DNA from: Octopus sinensis
Taxonomy: Eukaryota
NCBI RefSeq assembly: GCF_006345805.1
Contig: NC_042997.1
Coordinates: 130,820,001-130,884,000 of the forward strand
Length of the DNA stretch: 64,000 bases
Direction of reading: 5' to 3'
A model generated the notes under the pieces. It was not told the origin of the DNA, did no database searches, and saw only the letters and a program-made list of their open reading frames with translations. Within the stretch, counting starts at the first letter, position 1. Each line of letters starts with the position of its first letter. The translations under genes and the position numbers were made by a program. Shown one piece after another: positions 1 through 13,023 of the stretch.

Positions 1-299
1 AAGTACAGGATATGAGAGTAATCCGTAAAATATACTGAAGAGTTGTCGGTTTAAGGACTCTCAGATGTAGGTTTGGCCAAATATCAGAACATGGAAATAC
101 TTTTTAAAAACTACAGATAAAGCTTTCTCTTTATTTTGAGTGTGTGTGTGCGCGCATATATGCATGTATGCATATTAACCTGCATTTGTGGATCTACTGA
201 ACTATGCATGTGTTTTTTCCCCCTTATATTCTTTAGAATTCTTATCTGAAAGAAGGCGCTGGTTTCTAATAAAGAAACTAAAGCTCTAGTGTGGGAATT

Positions 300-640
300 T
301 TGGATCCGTCCAAAATGTGACAGCAGCTGTTCCACATAACCCCACAAGTCAGCAATGCCCGCACACTGAACGAGGGCGCGCAGAACGGTTTCGTCATTCT
401 GTGCGCATCTCGAACAAGTCCGCCTGACAGGACATTCGCGTCTGTAGAGCTTATCTCAAACCGGTAGCGCCCCCCGGTAGCACTGCCAGGCCAAGGACAT
501 CTGGAAATTATCCATGATAGTTCCCGACCGGAAAGTCCTCCGGAATAGACTAACCAATTCCATCTCGTCGGCGCCCAGAGTCTCCCCGAGAACGCCGTCG
601 CACTTCCCCGCCACTTGAGGATTAGTGGCGGGGAAATACA
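300..640 (-). mobile_element. Tx1/L1-clade LINE ORF2 C-terminal fragment (zf-RVT-like region), decayed
   Basis: Minus strand reads ...SLAWQCYRGALPV*DKLYRR..RTCSRCAQNDETVLRALVQC..IADLWGYVEQLL, a Cys-rich L1/Tx1-type C-terminus. Homologous to 38450-38760 and 41290-41525. The 5' break abuts (AAT)n. Confidence 0.8.
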
Positions 641-663
641 ATAATAATAATAATAATAATAAC

Positions 664-880
664 AATCCTTTCTACTATAAGCATATTACCTGAAATTTTT
701 GGGGAGGAGACTAGTCGATTACATCGATCCCAGTGGTTCACTGGCACTTAATTTATCGATTCCGAAAGGACGAAAGGCAAAATCGACCTCGACGGAATTT
801 GAACTCAGAATGTAAAGACGGACGAAATACCGCTAAGCATTGTGCCCGGCGTGCTTTCGATTCTGCCTGCTCGCTGCCTT
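664..880 (-). mobile_element. tRNA-derived SINE, family A (Nin/Deu-like core)
   Basis: Matches the family pattern GGCGAGCTGGCAGAATCG (A box), GAGTTCAAATTCC (B box), GCCTTTCATCCTTTCGGGGTCGATAAA. About 25 copies in the window, e.g. 16378-16550, 22555-22685, 31025-31240, 32065-32275, 33561-33715, 40385-40575, 51730-51940, 56130-56335, 61087-61297. Confidence 0.85.
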
Positions 881-933
881 AATAATAATAATAATAATTA
901 TTATTATTATTACTATTATTATTATTATTATTA

Positions 934-963
<30 letters not shown>

Positions 964-967
<4 letters not shown>

Positions 968-1000
968 TAGTTTTATTTTTATAGCGTGCTTTCACTTCAC
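964..1000 (-). mobile_element. 3' terminal stub of R4/Dong-like LINE with (TAA)n tail
   Basis: Reverse complement AGTGAAGTGAAAGCACGCTATAAAAATAAAACTACTG nearly matches 40284-40320 and is followed by (TAA)n. Confidence 0.8.
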
Positions 1001-1330
1001 TGACCATTTATACAGATGGGGGAAGAGCATATACCACAGCAGGAGCTTTTTTTATGGCGAGCTATCTGTTGGGAAGCGAAAGCAGTGCAAACGAACAGTA
1101 CAGTATAATGCTTTGTTAAAAACCAATCTTGGAGAGTTGAATATACCATACAAATTTGCTGAACCCAAAAGATCTGGTCTGGGATAAAATATTTTGAAGA
1201 TAAGAAACAAAAGGATGCAAAAATGAAAAGAGAACAACAGGAAAATAACACCTTGCAAAACACAGAAATATTGTCATTCCGTTGCTCAACGCGTTTCTAA
1301 GGCAGACCTAACTTCACATCTTAGAACTCA
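1001..1330 (+). mobile_element. RTE/BovB-like LINE 3' fragment, decayed
   Basis: DHLYRW..FFYGELSVGKR...YNALLKTNL resembles RTE GHxxRM..LYGEL..G.R..YKDxLK; it ends in an L.SH.RTH-like motif. Confidence 0.6.
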
Positions 1331-2761
1331 TCTTCATGCATTTGACTCAAGTGACACAAAAATTATTCCAGCATACGCGCGTTATCGATATTGATAAACA
1401 AACATAGCAGACGCACGCCGCATACACACACACACACATATATTCAGATACATACACACGTACACTTGCACACACACACACACACACACACTCTGTCACA
1501 CACACACACTCTCTCTCTCTCTCTCTCTCAAACACATGCATATACATTTGCACAAGCACATAGTAATTAATATATAAGCGTACACATACATACAAACGGA
1601 GATATACATACACACACATACGCACACAAGCATACATACACGTTCGTGAGTTCGCACTGGTGTCGATAGAATCGACTTAATACTTTTTGTATCTCATGCT
1701 TTGTCCCCTCTGTGTTTTGCCTCTTGCCGCAACAAATTTACACAAAAGGTAAATAAACCAGAAGGGGGGGGGGAGTCAATGTTTCATCGCTTCGGGGTGG
1801 GTCGATAAATTAAGTACCAATTACGCACTAGTGTCGAGGATTTTTTTCCCAATTCATATCACAGCCTCCGACAAGCTGGGGCATCCTTTTATGAAAAAAT
1901 ATTTCGCAAATTTTTACAATACGACTCACACTCCACGCGCAAACTCTAGACCGCTTTAGGCATATTATTGTTTTGTTTTTGTTGTTTCTGCCCCTTCAAA
2001 ACCATGGGAGTAGCCTTTTCGGTAAAAAAAAAAAAAGAAAGAAAATATTCAAAAAATATCGTTAATATTTTTATTGGGCGACGAAATTCATCGATTTAAG
2101 AGATATAGCTGTTAATTCTAACACATGCCTCCTCCTTCCGCCTTTGTTTATCAATATCGATGTGCTGTTTACGTTGCAACAGGATATTGTCTGAGTTTTT
2201 AGACGCAGCAAATGATTTGAGCTCAAATGCTGGCATTTCATTGGTTAAAATTCGAAGAATTAAATTACGTTAAACTTACAAATTACAATTTTGTTTTCAA
2301 TTTTGTTTACAATAATGTTTTCTTTTGACACATTCTACCAGTATACGAAGTTTCAAATTGTTTAGTTAACTAGAAAATTCCGTCCATCAAAAGGAAAAGA
2401 TCCCATATTTGTAATAAGACATGTAAGTCATGCGCTGGTCTAAAAATCAGACAAGACGTACAACACTGTGCCACTCGAGGCGAGACATATTTGCACTGTT
2501 TGTAATGCAAATTTCAAACAGATTTCGGGACCCAGAAGCCACATACTTGCTCATATACAGAAGAAGCACAGCTAACAGGAAGTGGTCAAGCTTTGAACAG
2601 GAGCACTCTACCTCTGTGTATGTATGTATTTATGTATGTATGTATGTATGTATGCGTGTATGTCCATGTGAATGTATGCATGCATGTATGTGTGCATATA
2701 TATGCATGTATGTATGCGTGCATGTATGTAAGCGTGCATATATCGTGCATGCGTGTATGCA

Positions 2762-2816
<55 letters not shown>

Positions 2817-2817
2817 A

Positions 2818-3000
2818 CGGGAAGGTTTACGAAAATAAACAAAAGACGAAGGCAGGTGGAGTACAAACAAACAAATGTATTAGTATGGCGCTCAGGAATA
2901 GAAATAGAACAAGTCTTTTACGTTTCGAGCCTACGCTCTTCGACAGAAAGATGCACAGAAAAGAAACAAGGAGAGAAAAAAATGCGTGTAGGAGCTACGG
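2818..3000 (-). mobile_element. Penelope-like (PLE) terminal stub beside (TA)n, with a hammerhead-like motif
   Basis: Minus strand TCTTT-CTGTCGA-A-GAGC-GTAG-GCTC-GAAA-CGTA-AAAGA. A shorter related stub lies at about 46330-46385. Confidence 0.55.
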
Positions 3001-3592
3001 TCCATCGTAAAGTTATTTTATTCTACGCGGGTAGAAACAGGAAAAATAGAAGTTGAAAGCTTTATATAAATAAAAAATATTTTAATTATTCTCAATGCAT
3101 TTTCAACTTCTATTTTTCGTATATATATATATACATACACGCATGCAAGTATGCATGCATGCACACTTACATGCACGAATGCATACATACATACATGCAT
3201 ACATATATATACACACATAATGCTTACATACATGCATACATACATACATACATACATACATATGTTCGTATGTATGCATGTAAGCACGTATGTATGTATG
3301 TATGTATGTATGTATGTATGTATGTATGTATGTATGTATGTATGTAGGTATGTACGTACGAATGTATGTGTATGCACGTATATCATTTGTGTTGATAGCC
3401 ATCAACAAACGCTTTTGTCATAAATATAAGCCCGTAAACAAATGATTGTCTTGCTGTATAAGTGCCGCAAGTAGATAACCACACCAGGGCACATCTATAT
3501 TTATATGTATCAAAAGTATACTTATACATTAATAAACACTTGTAAACTAGAGTAGATGCTTGTCTGAGTTGATGTTAAAATTAGGCGCGTTT

Positions 3593-4660
3593 AAGGCGAA
3601 GAGTTTGCAGAATCGTTAGGACGCCGGCAAAATCCACGGCGGCATCGTCTGTCTTTATGTTCTGAGTTCAAATTCTGCCATGGTCGACCTTGCCTTCTAT
3701 CCTTTCGGTGTCGATAAAGTAAGTACAAGCTGAGCAATGGGGTCGATGTAATCGTTTTACGCCCGCCCACGAAACTGCTGGTCTTCTGTCAAAATCTGAA
3801 AGCAATATCAGGTACATTTAAAGCAGTGAGCCGGCAGAATCGTTAGCCCGCCGGGCAAAATACTTGGCGCTATTTCGTCCGTCTTTATGCTCTGAGTTCA
3901 AATTCCCCCCAGGTTGACTTTGCCTTTTATCCTTTCGGAGTTGATAAAATAATACCGGTTGTGCACTGGGATGGATGTAATCGGCTTACCCTTCCCTTTC
4001 AAATCTGGTGGATCTGGGCCAAAATTTGAAACCATAATGAGGCGCACGAGGAAGGTGAGCTGGCAGAATCGTTAGCACACCGGACAGAATGCTTAGCGGC
4101 AATTCGCTTTGTGTTCAAATTTAGCCGAGGTCGATTTTGCCTTTTATTCTTTTGGGATCGATGAAGTAAGTACCACTTGAACACTGGAGCCAATATGATC
4201 GACCAACTTCCTCACCAAAAAAGAAATTGCTGGCCTCGTACCGAGATTTGAAACCATTATAAGACAACGAACTGACCGAATCGTTAGTACGTCGGACAAA
4301 AGTTCCAACAGCATTTTTTCCAGGTCTTTAATGTTCTGAATTCAAATTCTGCTGAAGTCCGCTTTGCCTTTCATCCTTTCGGGATCGATAAACGTCGATG
4401 TAATCGACTTCCCCTTTCTCTTAAAATTACTAGTTTTGTTCCATAATTACAAAGAGTTGTTAGACACACGAAGGGTGGGGGTGAGCTGGCTGAATCATTA
4501 ACAAAAATATCTTACATTTATTCCAGCTCCTTACGTTGTAAGTTCAATATTTGCTGAGGTCAACTTTGCCTTTCATCCATTAAATAGAATACTAAACAAT
4601 ATAGGGATCTATACGGCATCGACTTCAAACCATTCCATCAAAATCGTTTCTGTGTGAATC
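3593..4660 (+). mobile_element. Five head-to-tail diverged copies of SINE family A
   Basis: A-box heads at about 3593, 3820, 4052, 4262 and 4480, each followed by a B box and the GCCTT..ATCCTTT core. Confidence 0.8.
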
Positions 4661-6466
4661 AGAAATAGTTAAGGCCGATGGATTGTGATTTGTAATCAAA
4701 CAAAAACCGATACGAACTTATTCTTTTATAACTATTCACCGACTATTTATTCTTTCTTATTGTAACCAAATTTAAAAATAGTGGCCTGGACAGATTTTCT
4801 TTTTAATATATCATTTTAGCAAGTATTGCTTCAACAATACATACACCGAAAGAGAGAGAGAGATTAGAAATTTTTTATGAGGTCTATTATGAGCTATAAA
4901 ATTTATTTTTCCGTGTTGAGAATACACACTGTTCAACTGTGCTAGGTTCTCAAAAACTCCTCCATAGATCTTTGTCATATTTTCAGATAACTTTGACCTT
5001 TGTATCCCGTTTTCAATATCCTCATTCGATAGACATGTAGACAGACAAACCGATAGATAAGCAGACAGACAAACAAGCAGACAGGCAGATAATAGATAGA
5101 CAGACAGACAGACAGACAGCTAGCTAGATAGATAGATTAATTGATTGGTTGACTGATTTAGTTTACAGTTGTACGACGTTATAGGAATTGCAAGTCAAAA
5201 TATATTCGTGAATCCTTAGAAATTTCCAATCAAATCTCCCTCATGTCACGCTTTGCCGTCTTAGAAAAATTAATCAGATCATTTACTTTCTCATTTACAA
5301 GACACTTTGATGTTTGTCGATAGAACTAGTGACAGCTCCAGCGTTTTCCACAATCCAGTGAAAGTTTTTATATAAGCAGTGCTCTAAAGTGTTATGAAAA
5401 AAATAAAATTCAGTGTCACTTTTTAATGTAATTACAAAGTTACACCAACAACAAAACATGAGACATGAAAAATAACAGCCCCACAAAATGCATACCGGTA
5501 ATTCTCCTGTACCGGTATTTTACCGAAAAACAAAGAATGTTGTCTTTAAAATTCAAGTTTTCAGTTGTTCATTTATGACAATTGTGTCTAACTTTCGCAG
5601 TCTATGAAATTTCACAGATAAACCGTAATTATATCTGTAGCGTATAACCAATCGGAGCTCCAAAATAAGAGCCTTTTTCTCAACCCTGTTGTACCTAATG
5701 TTCATTATAAAAACTCACCTTCTCCTCGTCTCGATGTCTTTGGTTCCAGACCTCGTAAGGTCTAACCAATGACCACACAAGACACAGCCAGTTCCAGCGA
5801 CAACACCAGACGACAATACTTGTCCAACAGCAAAACGCCCAAGTTTCAACACAGCACTGTTCGTGAATTATTTCACCATGGTTTAACAGCAAAGACACAA
5901 CCTGCGAGCCAGACGACAGCACCCGTCCAACAGCATTACGGCAATCTCTTTCTTCGTCGCTACCGTCTTCTTAACGACGTCAAAAATATCTCAAAGTACA
6001 CAGCTCAATCAGCAACACTGCACAGGTTCTAACATAACACTGTTTGTGAATTACTTCACCATGGTTAACAGCGAACATATTACCTGCGAGAACCCCTGTA
6101 CAAGTGACCCAGGCAGTAGCATTACAGCCACAACTTCGTGCGACATGTACCGCAACTTGCTCTGCATCATCGCCGCAACTTCTTGATACAGTATTTCAAC
6201 TACCATGTACAATTGACTACGAAGCTGGTATTTCTCATTGTTGTGTCAATGAACATTCGTCTAAATTCTCATTATAGACACTTTCACTTTCTCCGTCATT
6301 GTTATTCTTATATGTACTTAACGCACATGCATACATCTATGTATAAACACACATAAACTTTGTTCTCATGACGGCCTATCTATTGTTCTGTATACATGAC
6401 CCATACACAGACACTAAAGTTAACATATCAATAAAACTTCTCTTTCAAACATTCTACTCGGTTGTG

Positions 6467-6536
<70 letters not shown>

Positions 6537-6662
6537 CAACTGGCACATTATATGCATTATTCCAACCTTCTGAAGAGAGTCGTTTTCAGATGGATTCACC
6601 ATCTGAGATTCACCATCTGGTGACCCGACGTAGAACACGCACTACGACGTCCATTTAAATAT

Positions 6663-6971
6663 CTAAAGCTTGAAAAACCTGGCTTCACACCTCGTACTGC
6701 TCGCAGGCAACGTTACAGCAATTTGAAGCCATTTTAACAGTTCATAGATGGTTTCACTATAGGGTAGTAAAAACTTAAGTATATCCATTAGTGAATTCAA
6801 AGTATGTATCTTCCGCTCCTTGAGACGTTTTGCCCTGTAGTACTCTGCCTTCAGGTGCTCCAACTTTAACCTTTCTATTTCTTTTATGAATTCAGACCAA
6901 AAATAATTGTCTTCGTTGAACGAATTCATCTCAATTTCAACCAGTATAGTTTTCGTGGTGTTGGGGACCAC
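6663..6971 (-). pseudogene. hAT transposase C-terminal dimerisation-domain fragment
   Basis: LLKWLQIAVTLPASSTRCEARFFKL resembles the hATC motif L..IALTLPVSSASCERSFS.L. Confidence 0.7.
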
Positions 6972-7289
6972 CTAACACAGCTTCTGCACCACTATGATGA
7001 TATTATAACGATATTGATTCATAAGGACAATGTGTGAATGTATGTACGACTTGAGATGAAAATGAACTGGTAAGCGATGATTTATTCTCAGTTATAAAAT
7101 ACAATGATTGCCATACATGAAATAAATAACGTAACAGGTTACAACAAAGATGTATGAGAGGCTTCGTAGCTAGGGTGGACTGTTGATCTTGTAGACAAAG
7201 TTGACGTACTGTTAGTGGTGTGAAGAGGCAGCTACAGAATTGGGTTAAATGTTTCCTGAGAAACAGAACCTTTTATGTTGAGATTGCTG

Positions 7290-8460
7290 GGGTTTACAGA
7301 AGACTAACAAAAGCCCCAGGGTATTGCATTGGAATTATTTCTACTCATCATTCGCAGAGACGACTCTGCAAATGTCATCCAATATAGTGAAATAGAAATC
7401 GTTGTAGATGATTCTAAACTCCAGAAAAATAATTAAAGAAGTTATTAAGTATTTGATAGACCAGAACTCCAATCTCAACTCTGTGCTGTGATTCGATGGA
7501 CGAAAAAGCATATATTGCTAAACGAGAAAAAATTTGGACGCATTGACTTTGGAAAAGTGAATTTATTTAAAACAATTATATTCTCTTGCCTCGTGACAAC
7601 TTCTCGTAGCGTCAAATAATATCAGATTTAGGTATAATTGTAGGTAACAATATAAGGCCGAGTGCACATAGCAAGTCAAAATATATTCGTGAATCCTTAG
7701 AAATTTCCAATCAAGAAATTCTTATTTCTTTACTGCCCACAAGGGGCTACACACAGAGGGGACAAACAAGGACAGACAAACGGATTAAGTCGATTATATC
7801 TATCCCAGTGCGTAACTGGTACTCATTTAATCGACCCCGAAAGGATGAAAGGCAAAGTTGACCTCGGCGGAATTTAAACTCAGAACGTAGCGGCAAACGA
7901 AATACCTATTTCTTTACTACCCACAAAGGGCTAAACACAGAGGAGACAAACAAGGACAGACAGACGGATTAAGTCGATTATATCGACCCCAGTGCGTAAC
8001 TGGTAATTATTTATCGACCCAGAAAGGATGAAAGGCAAAGTCGACCTCAGCGGAATTTGAACTCAGAACGTAATGGCAGACGAAGTACTGCTAAGCATTT
8101 CGCTCAGAGTGCTAACGTTTCTGCCAGCTCGCCGCCATTAAGAAATTCTGTCACTATTATCATTCTTTTCTCTATATTTGCTAGGTCCCACCTTGAATAC
8201 TACTGCTCATTGTGGTTTTCCAATGCAAAGCAAAATATCATGAGAGTTGAAATACTCCGAGGTCGTTCATAAAATAAATAAATAGATAAATATGGCATGA
8301 AATGTCTTGGATATTTGGATCTCCTCAAAAAGCTGAAACTCTATTCTCTGTCAATACCATCTTGGGCGCTACATTATTTGTCCAATATGGAAAATACTCC
8401 ATCAACAATGTCCAAACGCTGCCGATATCAAGTTGGTGGGCCAAAACATGACTTAAAAGA
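7290..8460 (+). mobile_element. CR1/L2-like LINE RT 3' region, decayed and split by a SINE
   Basis: EIVVDDSKL (YADD-like), LQSQLCAVIRW..LLNEKKF and FARSHLEYYCSLW (RPHLEY..VW motif). Confidence 0.7.
7723..8139 (-). mobile_element. Dimeric SINE family A with TSD
   Basis: Two units joined at GAAATACCTATTTC; direct repeat AAGAAATTCT at 7713-7722 and 8140-8149. Confidence 0.85.
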
Positions 8461-8532
8461 TTTCTCCAAATGATGCTATTAAGCGAGATATGGTGAATGC
8501 CAATACGGCGGAAGCCTAGATTTTATTCACAC

Positions 8533-8839
8533 CTATGTATGTATGTATATATGTGTGATGAACGTATGCACGTACGTACGTACGTACGTACATACGTATG
8601 TATGTATGTATGCATGTATGTATGTATGTATGTATGTATGTATGTATGTATGTATGTATGTATGTATGTATGCATGCATGCATGTATGTGTGTGTATGTA
8701 TGTATATATGTGTGATGAACATATGTATATGTATGTGATGAACGTATGTACGTACGTACGTATGAATGTATGCATGTTCGTATGTATGTATGTATGTATG
8801 TATGTATGTTTGTATATATGTATGTATGTATGCATGTTC

Positions 8840-8870
<31 letters not shown>

Positions 8871-9019
8871 TGTATGTATGTATGTATGTACGTACGTATG
8901 TATGTATGTATGTATGTATGTATGTATGTATGTATGTATGTATGTATGTATGCATGCATGCATGTATGTATGTATGTATGTATGTATGTATGTTTGTATA
9001 TATGTATGTATGCATGTTC

Positions 9020-9050
<31 letters not shown>

Positions 9051-9267
9051 TGTATGTATGTATGTGTGTATGTATGTATGTATGTGTGTATATATCTGAG
9101 TATGCATACTCATAGCGCGAAAGCACACACCCACCACTCAATTTTGATTCTTTTTTTGTTTTCAAATTAGAAGTATTAAGAGTGGATCCATTTAAGAAAT
9201 GAGAAGTTACCTCCGGTCGCAATTCAAGCTACACCCATATATATATATATATATGTATGTTTGTGTA

Positions 9268-9343
<76 letters not shown>

Positions 9344-9855
9344 ACTAGTAAAACAAACAGGATAAATGTAATTCAACATATAACATATGTACGTATATGT
9401 GTGTGTGTGTGTACGTGTGTGTGTATCATACATACACACATATATTGCTACACAAACATACGTATATATGCATACACATACACAAAGAAACCCAGACGTA
9501 CGTACACCCATGCATACACTTTCATGTAAGTATGTCATTATTCAGTTTTATTTCAAGATTTTTTTTTGTCAACAGTGAAAGTGTCGGTTTCTAACCTAGA
9601 TCCAAGGCTCCTTCATTGGAACTTCAAAAACATGTGTAGAATTGTATGTTTTGTTTTATGTATGTATGTATGTATGTATGTATGTATGTATGTATGTACG
9701 TACGTACGTATGTATGTATGTATGTATGTATGTATGTATGTATGTATGTATGTATGCATGCATGCATGTATGTATGTATGTATGTATGCATGCATCCATG
9801 CATGCATGTATGTATGTATATATGTATGTTTGTATATATGTATGTATGCATGTTC

Positions 9856-9886
<31 letters not shown>

Positions 9887-10141
9887 TGTATGTATGTATG
9901 TATGTATGTATGTATGTATGTATGTATGTATGTATGTATGTGTATGTATGTATGTATGTGTGTATATATCTGAGTATGCATACTCATAGCGCGAAAGCAC
10001 ACACCCACCACTCAATTTTGATTCTTTTTTTGTTTTCAAATTAGAAGTATTAAGAGTGGATCCATTTAAGAAATGAGAAGTTACCTCCGGTCGCAATTCA
10101 AGCTACACCCATATATATATATATATATGTATGTTTGTGTA

Positions 10142-10197
<56 letters not shown>

Positions 10198-11061
10198 CAA
10201 CTAGTAAAACAAACAGGATAAATGTAATTCAACATATAACATATGTACGTATATGTGTGTGTGTGTGTACGTGTGTGTGTATCATACATACACACATGTA
10301 TTGCTACACAAACATACGTATATATGCATACACATACACAAAGAAACCCAGACGTACGTACACCCATGCATACACTTTCATGTAAGTATGTCATTATTCA
10401 GTTTTATTTCAAGATTTTTTTTTGTCAACAGTGAAAGTGTCGGTTTCTAACCTAGATCCAAGGCTCCTTCATTGGAACTTCAAAAACATGTGTAGAATTG
10501 TATGTTTTGTTTTATGTATGTATTCTCGTGCATATACTTGCATGTCTAGACATGCACATATATACTTGATTTCTAAACTTTTGGAAAGTTTTACAGATTT
10601 TTACAATTCCAGTGATGGATTGGATCTGTAGTCTTCGAATCAGCTTTCTCCTTTCTGGTTTTGAGAAGCCTAATTTCTCAGATTGGTACTTAGGCTGTAT
10701 GTTACATATCCCAGGACTCCAATAATTAAAGGTATAAACTCGAACTTGTAATTTGAGTAGAGTAACTGTATATTTCTCAATAGTTCAGCGTAGGTATTTT
10801 CTTTATTGCTGATCTTTAGCTTTCTGTGAACATCCACTGGGCAGCTGGCATGCATGCATGTATGTATGTATGTATGTATGTATGTATGTATGTATGTATG
10901 TATGTATGTATGGATGGATGGATGGATGGATGCATGCATGTATGTATGTATATGTATGTATGTATGTATGTATATGTATGTATGTATGTATGGTATGTAT
11001 GTATGTATGTATGGATGGATGAATGCATGCATGCATGCATGTATGTATGCATGTATGTATG

Positions 11062-11093
<32 letters not shown>

Positions 11094-11111
11094 TGTATGT
11101 ATGTATGTATG
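8533..11111. repeat. (TATG)n / (TG)n microsatellite field containing a ~870-bp tandem duplication
   Basis: Unique blocks 9085-9665 and 9959-10521 are near-identical, differing mainly in microsatellite length. Confidence 0.9.
10385..10849 (-). mobile_element. R4/Dong-like (RLE) LINE 3' fragment embedded in (ATAC)n
   Basis: SCPVDV..KISNKENTYAELLRNIQLLYSNYKFEFIPLIIGVLGYV..., then IQSITGIVKICKTF. 3' UTR ends AAATAAAACTGAATAATGACATAC. Both ends abut CATA/ATAC-type repeats. Confidence 0.7.
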
Positions 11112-11581
11112 TCACTTCACTTTTAGTATTATTGGTAACATAAAATAACCCAGAACAACCTGTCGCATGGCAACCCTACCACTTGGATACTTTGCAGGAC
11201 GAAAAACAAAAGCTGTGAAAGGACGGATAAACTCAGTAGAGTCAACGGTAAACTAAAAGTTGGGAGTTAGTGACCAATAGTCTTTGTTTAGATATCTCTG
11301 TTGGAGAAGGAAAACCTTGATGTAAATTCTGAGACTACGTTTGCCTCCGATTGTGTAAACAAGTACTTCATTCTGAGCAACTGCATGTCTTGTTTAGAGA
11401 GTGAGACTGACCCTGTTTAAGTCCTTTCCTTACTTTAGAGAGTTTCGTGTACAAGCATCTCTGTTATGTGTTACATACTATAGGGATTCGAACCTCAACC
11501 ACAAGATATTCAGTTAGGGATCACGAGCAAGCTACCACTGTTTCACGTAATTGATCTATAACTCGACCCATCAGACGAAGC

Positions 11582-11855
11582 TGTGGTGTGATATGGCCCC
11601 TCGGATGATCTAAAATTCGCCCCCTTTTCACCCTATAAAAATCGTTTGGCGCCTCACTCAGCCAGACGGCCTCAGGCATTTGCAGAGACCACCTCGGGCA
11701 CTCACAGATGGCCGACCGTTAAGACCAGACCACCTCGGGCACTCGGACAGACCACTCGAGCAATAAACGACTTTAGACTCCCACACGATGTACCATAGGT
11801 AGCCTTCTACAGACACAGTGCGGTCCTCTCCTCCCAGTCGGTGGTTATATTAACA
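11582..11855 (+). mobile_element. Probable solo LTR
   Basis: TG...CA ends, TATAAAA at ~11634, AATAAA at ~11762, internal direct repeat AGACCACCTCGGGCACTC, and flanks GAAGC/GAATC (5-bp TSD with one mismatch). Confidence 0.5.
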
Positions 11856-12254
11856 GAATCTTTCTTTTGTAAATAACTAACATAGAAAATCATGTCCAGC
11901 AATAAATAAATATACTAAAAGTTAAAAATTCTTAAATTTGCTTCATTTAACAAATATACAGTCGGTTAGACCACAAGACAATGCTCTTCAACAATACAAC
12001 ACACATCCAACAAGCAACTACCACGACAATGGTGGGCATGCAATCTTACGACAATAGTAACCCAAAGCATCCTCGCGACATCGTAGCTGAAACATGAAGA
12101 AATGAGAAGGTATGTATCAGCTCAGGTGTAAATCTCTGAACACCTGCTGCAAGAGGCTCCTATCGTAACCACATCTGTGCTGCTCATATTTAAGAGAAGA
12201 ATCAAATGATGGGATTGCGCGAAATCGAATTGCAGTCATCTTGTGTGTGTAATT

Positions 12255-12545
12255 GGCACTCCGTCGTTTACGACGTCGAGGGTTCCAGTTGATCTGAATC
12301 AACGGAACAGCCTGCTCGTGAAATTAACGTACAAGTGGCTGAGCACTCCCCAAATACGTGTACCCTTAAAGCAGTTCTCAGGGAGATTCGGCGTGATACA
12401 GAGTGTGACAAGGATGGTCCTTTGGAATACAGGCAGAACTCATTTTAACTAGCTGAGTGGGCTGGAGCAACGTGAAATAAAGTGTCTTGCTCAATGACAA
12501 CTCACGACCTTGCGATCGTGAGACAAATATCATAAGCACTTGGCC
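12255..12545 (-). mobile_element. SINE family D
   Basis: Reverse-complement homology to 42393-42715 (TTGAGCAAGACACTT..CCACTCAGCT..AAATGAG core); partial copy at 33200-33375. Confidence 0.75.
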
Positions 12546-12549
12546 ACAC

Positions 12550-12610
<61 letters not shown>

Positions 12611-13023
12611 GAACACACGCACACACGTCTTTTATCTTTTATTTTTTTACTGGTTTCGTTCATTGGACAGCGGCCATGCTGCAGCACTGCCTTAAGGAGT
12701 TTTAGTCGAATGAATCAATTCCAGTACTTTTAAAGCCTGGTACTTATTCTATCGGTTCTTCAGCTGAACTGCTAAGTTATGGGGACGTAAACATACCAGC
12801 ACCGGTTGTCAAGCGGTGGCGGTGGGACAAATACACACACACATACGTACACAAACACACAAAATACACACATACAATACACACACACACAACACACACA
12901 CACACAGGGTGCGATGGATAAATTGACGCTATTTTATATGTTTAATTTTGTGTACGCGCATTGTTTATTTTCGGTTTTATTGACTAGGGATAGCTGGGCA
13001 TTGTCTGTGAAAAAAACAGCACC

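Noticed and set aside
1835-2470. Possible Transib/Chapaev-like end (CACAGTG on the minus strand at ~2469)
   Set aside because: No matching opposite TIR or TSD found, and a lone heptamer is weak evidence.
8497-11143. Many long ORFs (MYVC/HTYI repeats), also at 2430-3423 and 58667-59776
   Set aside because: Stop-free translation of (TATG)n, (TA)n and (TG)n microsatellites; no protein signal.
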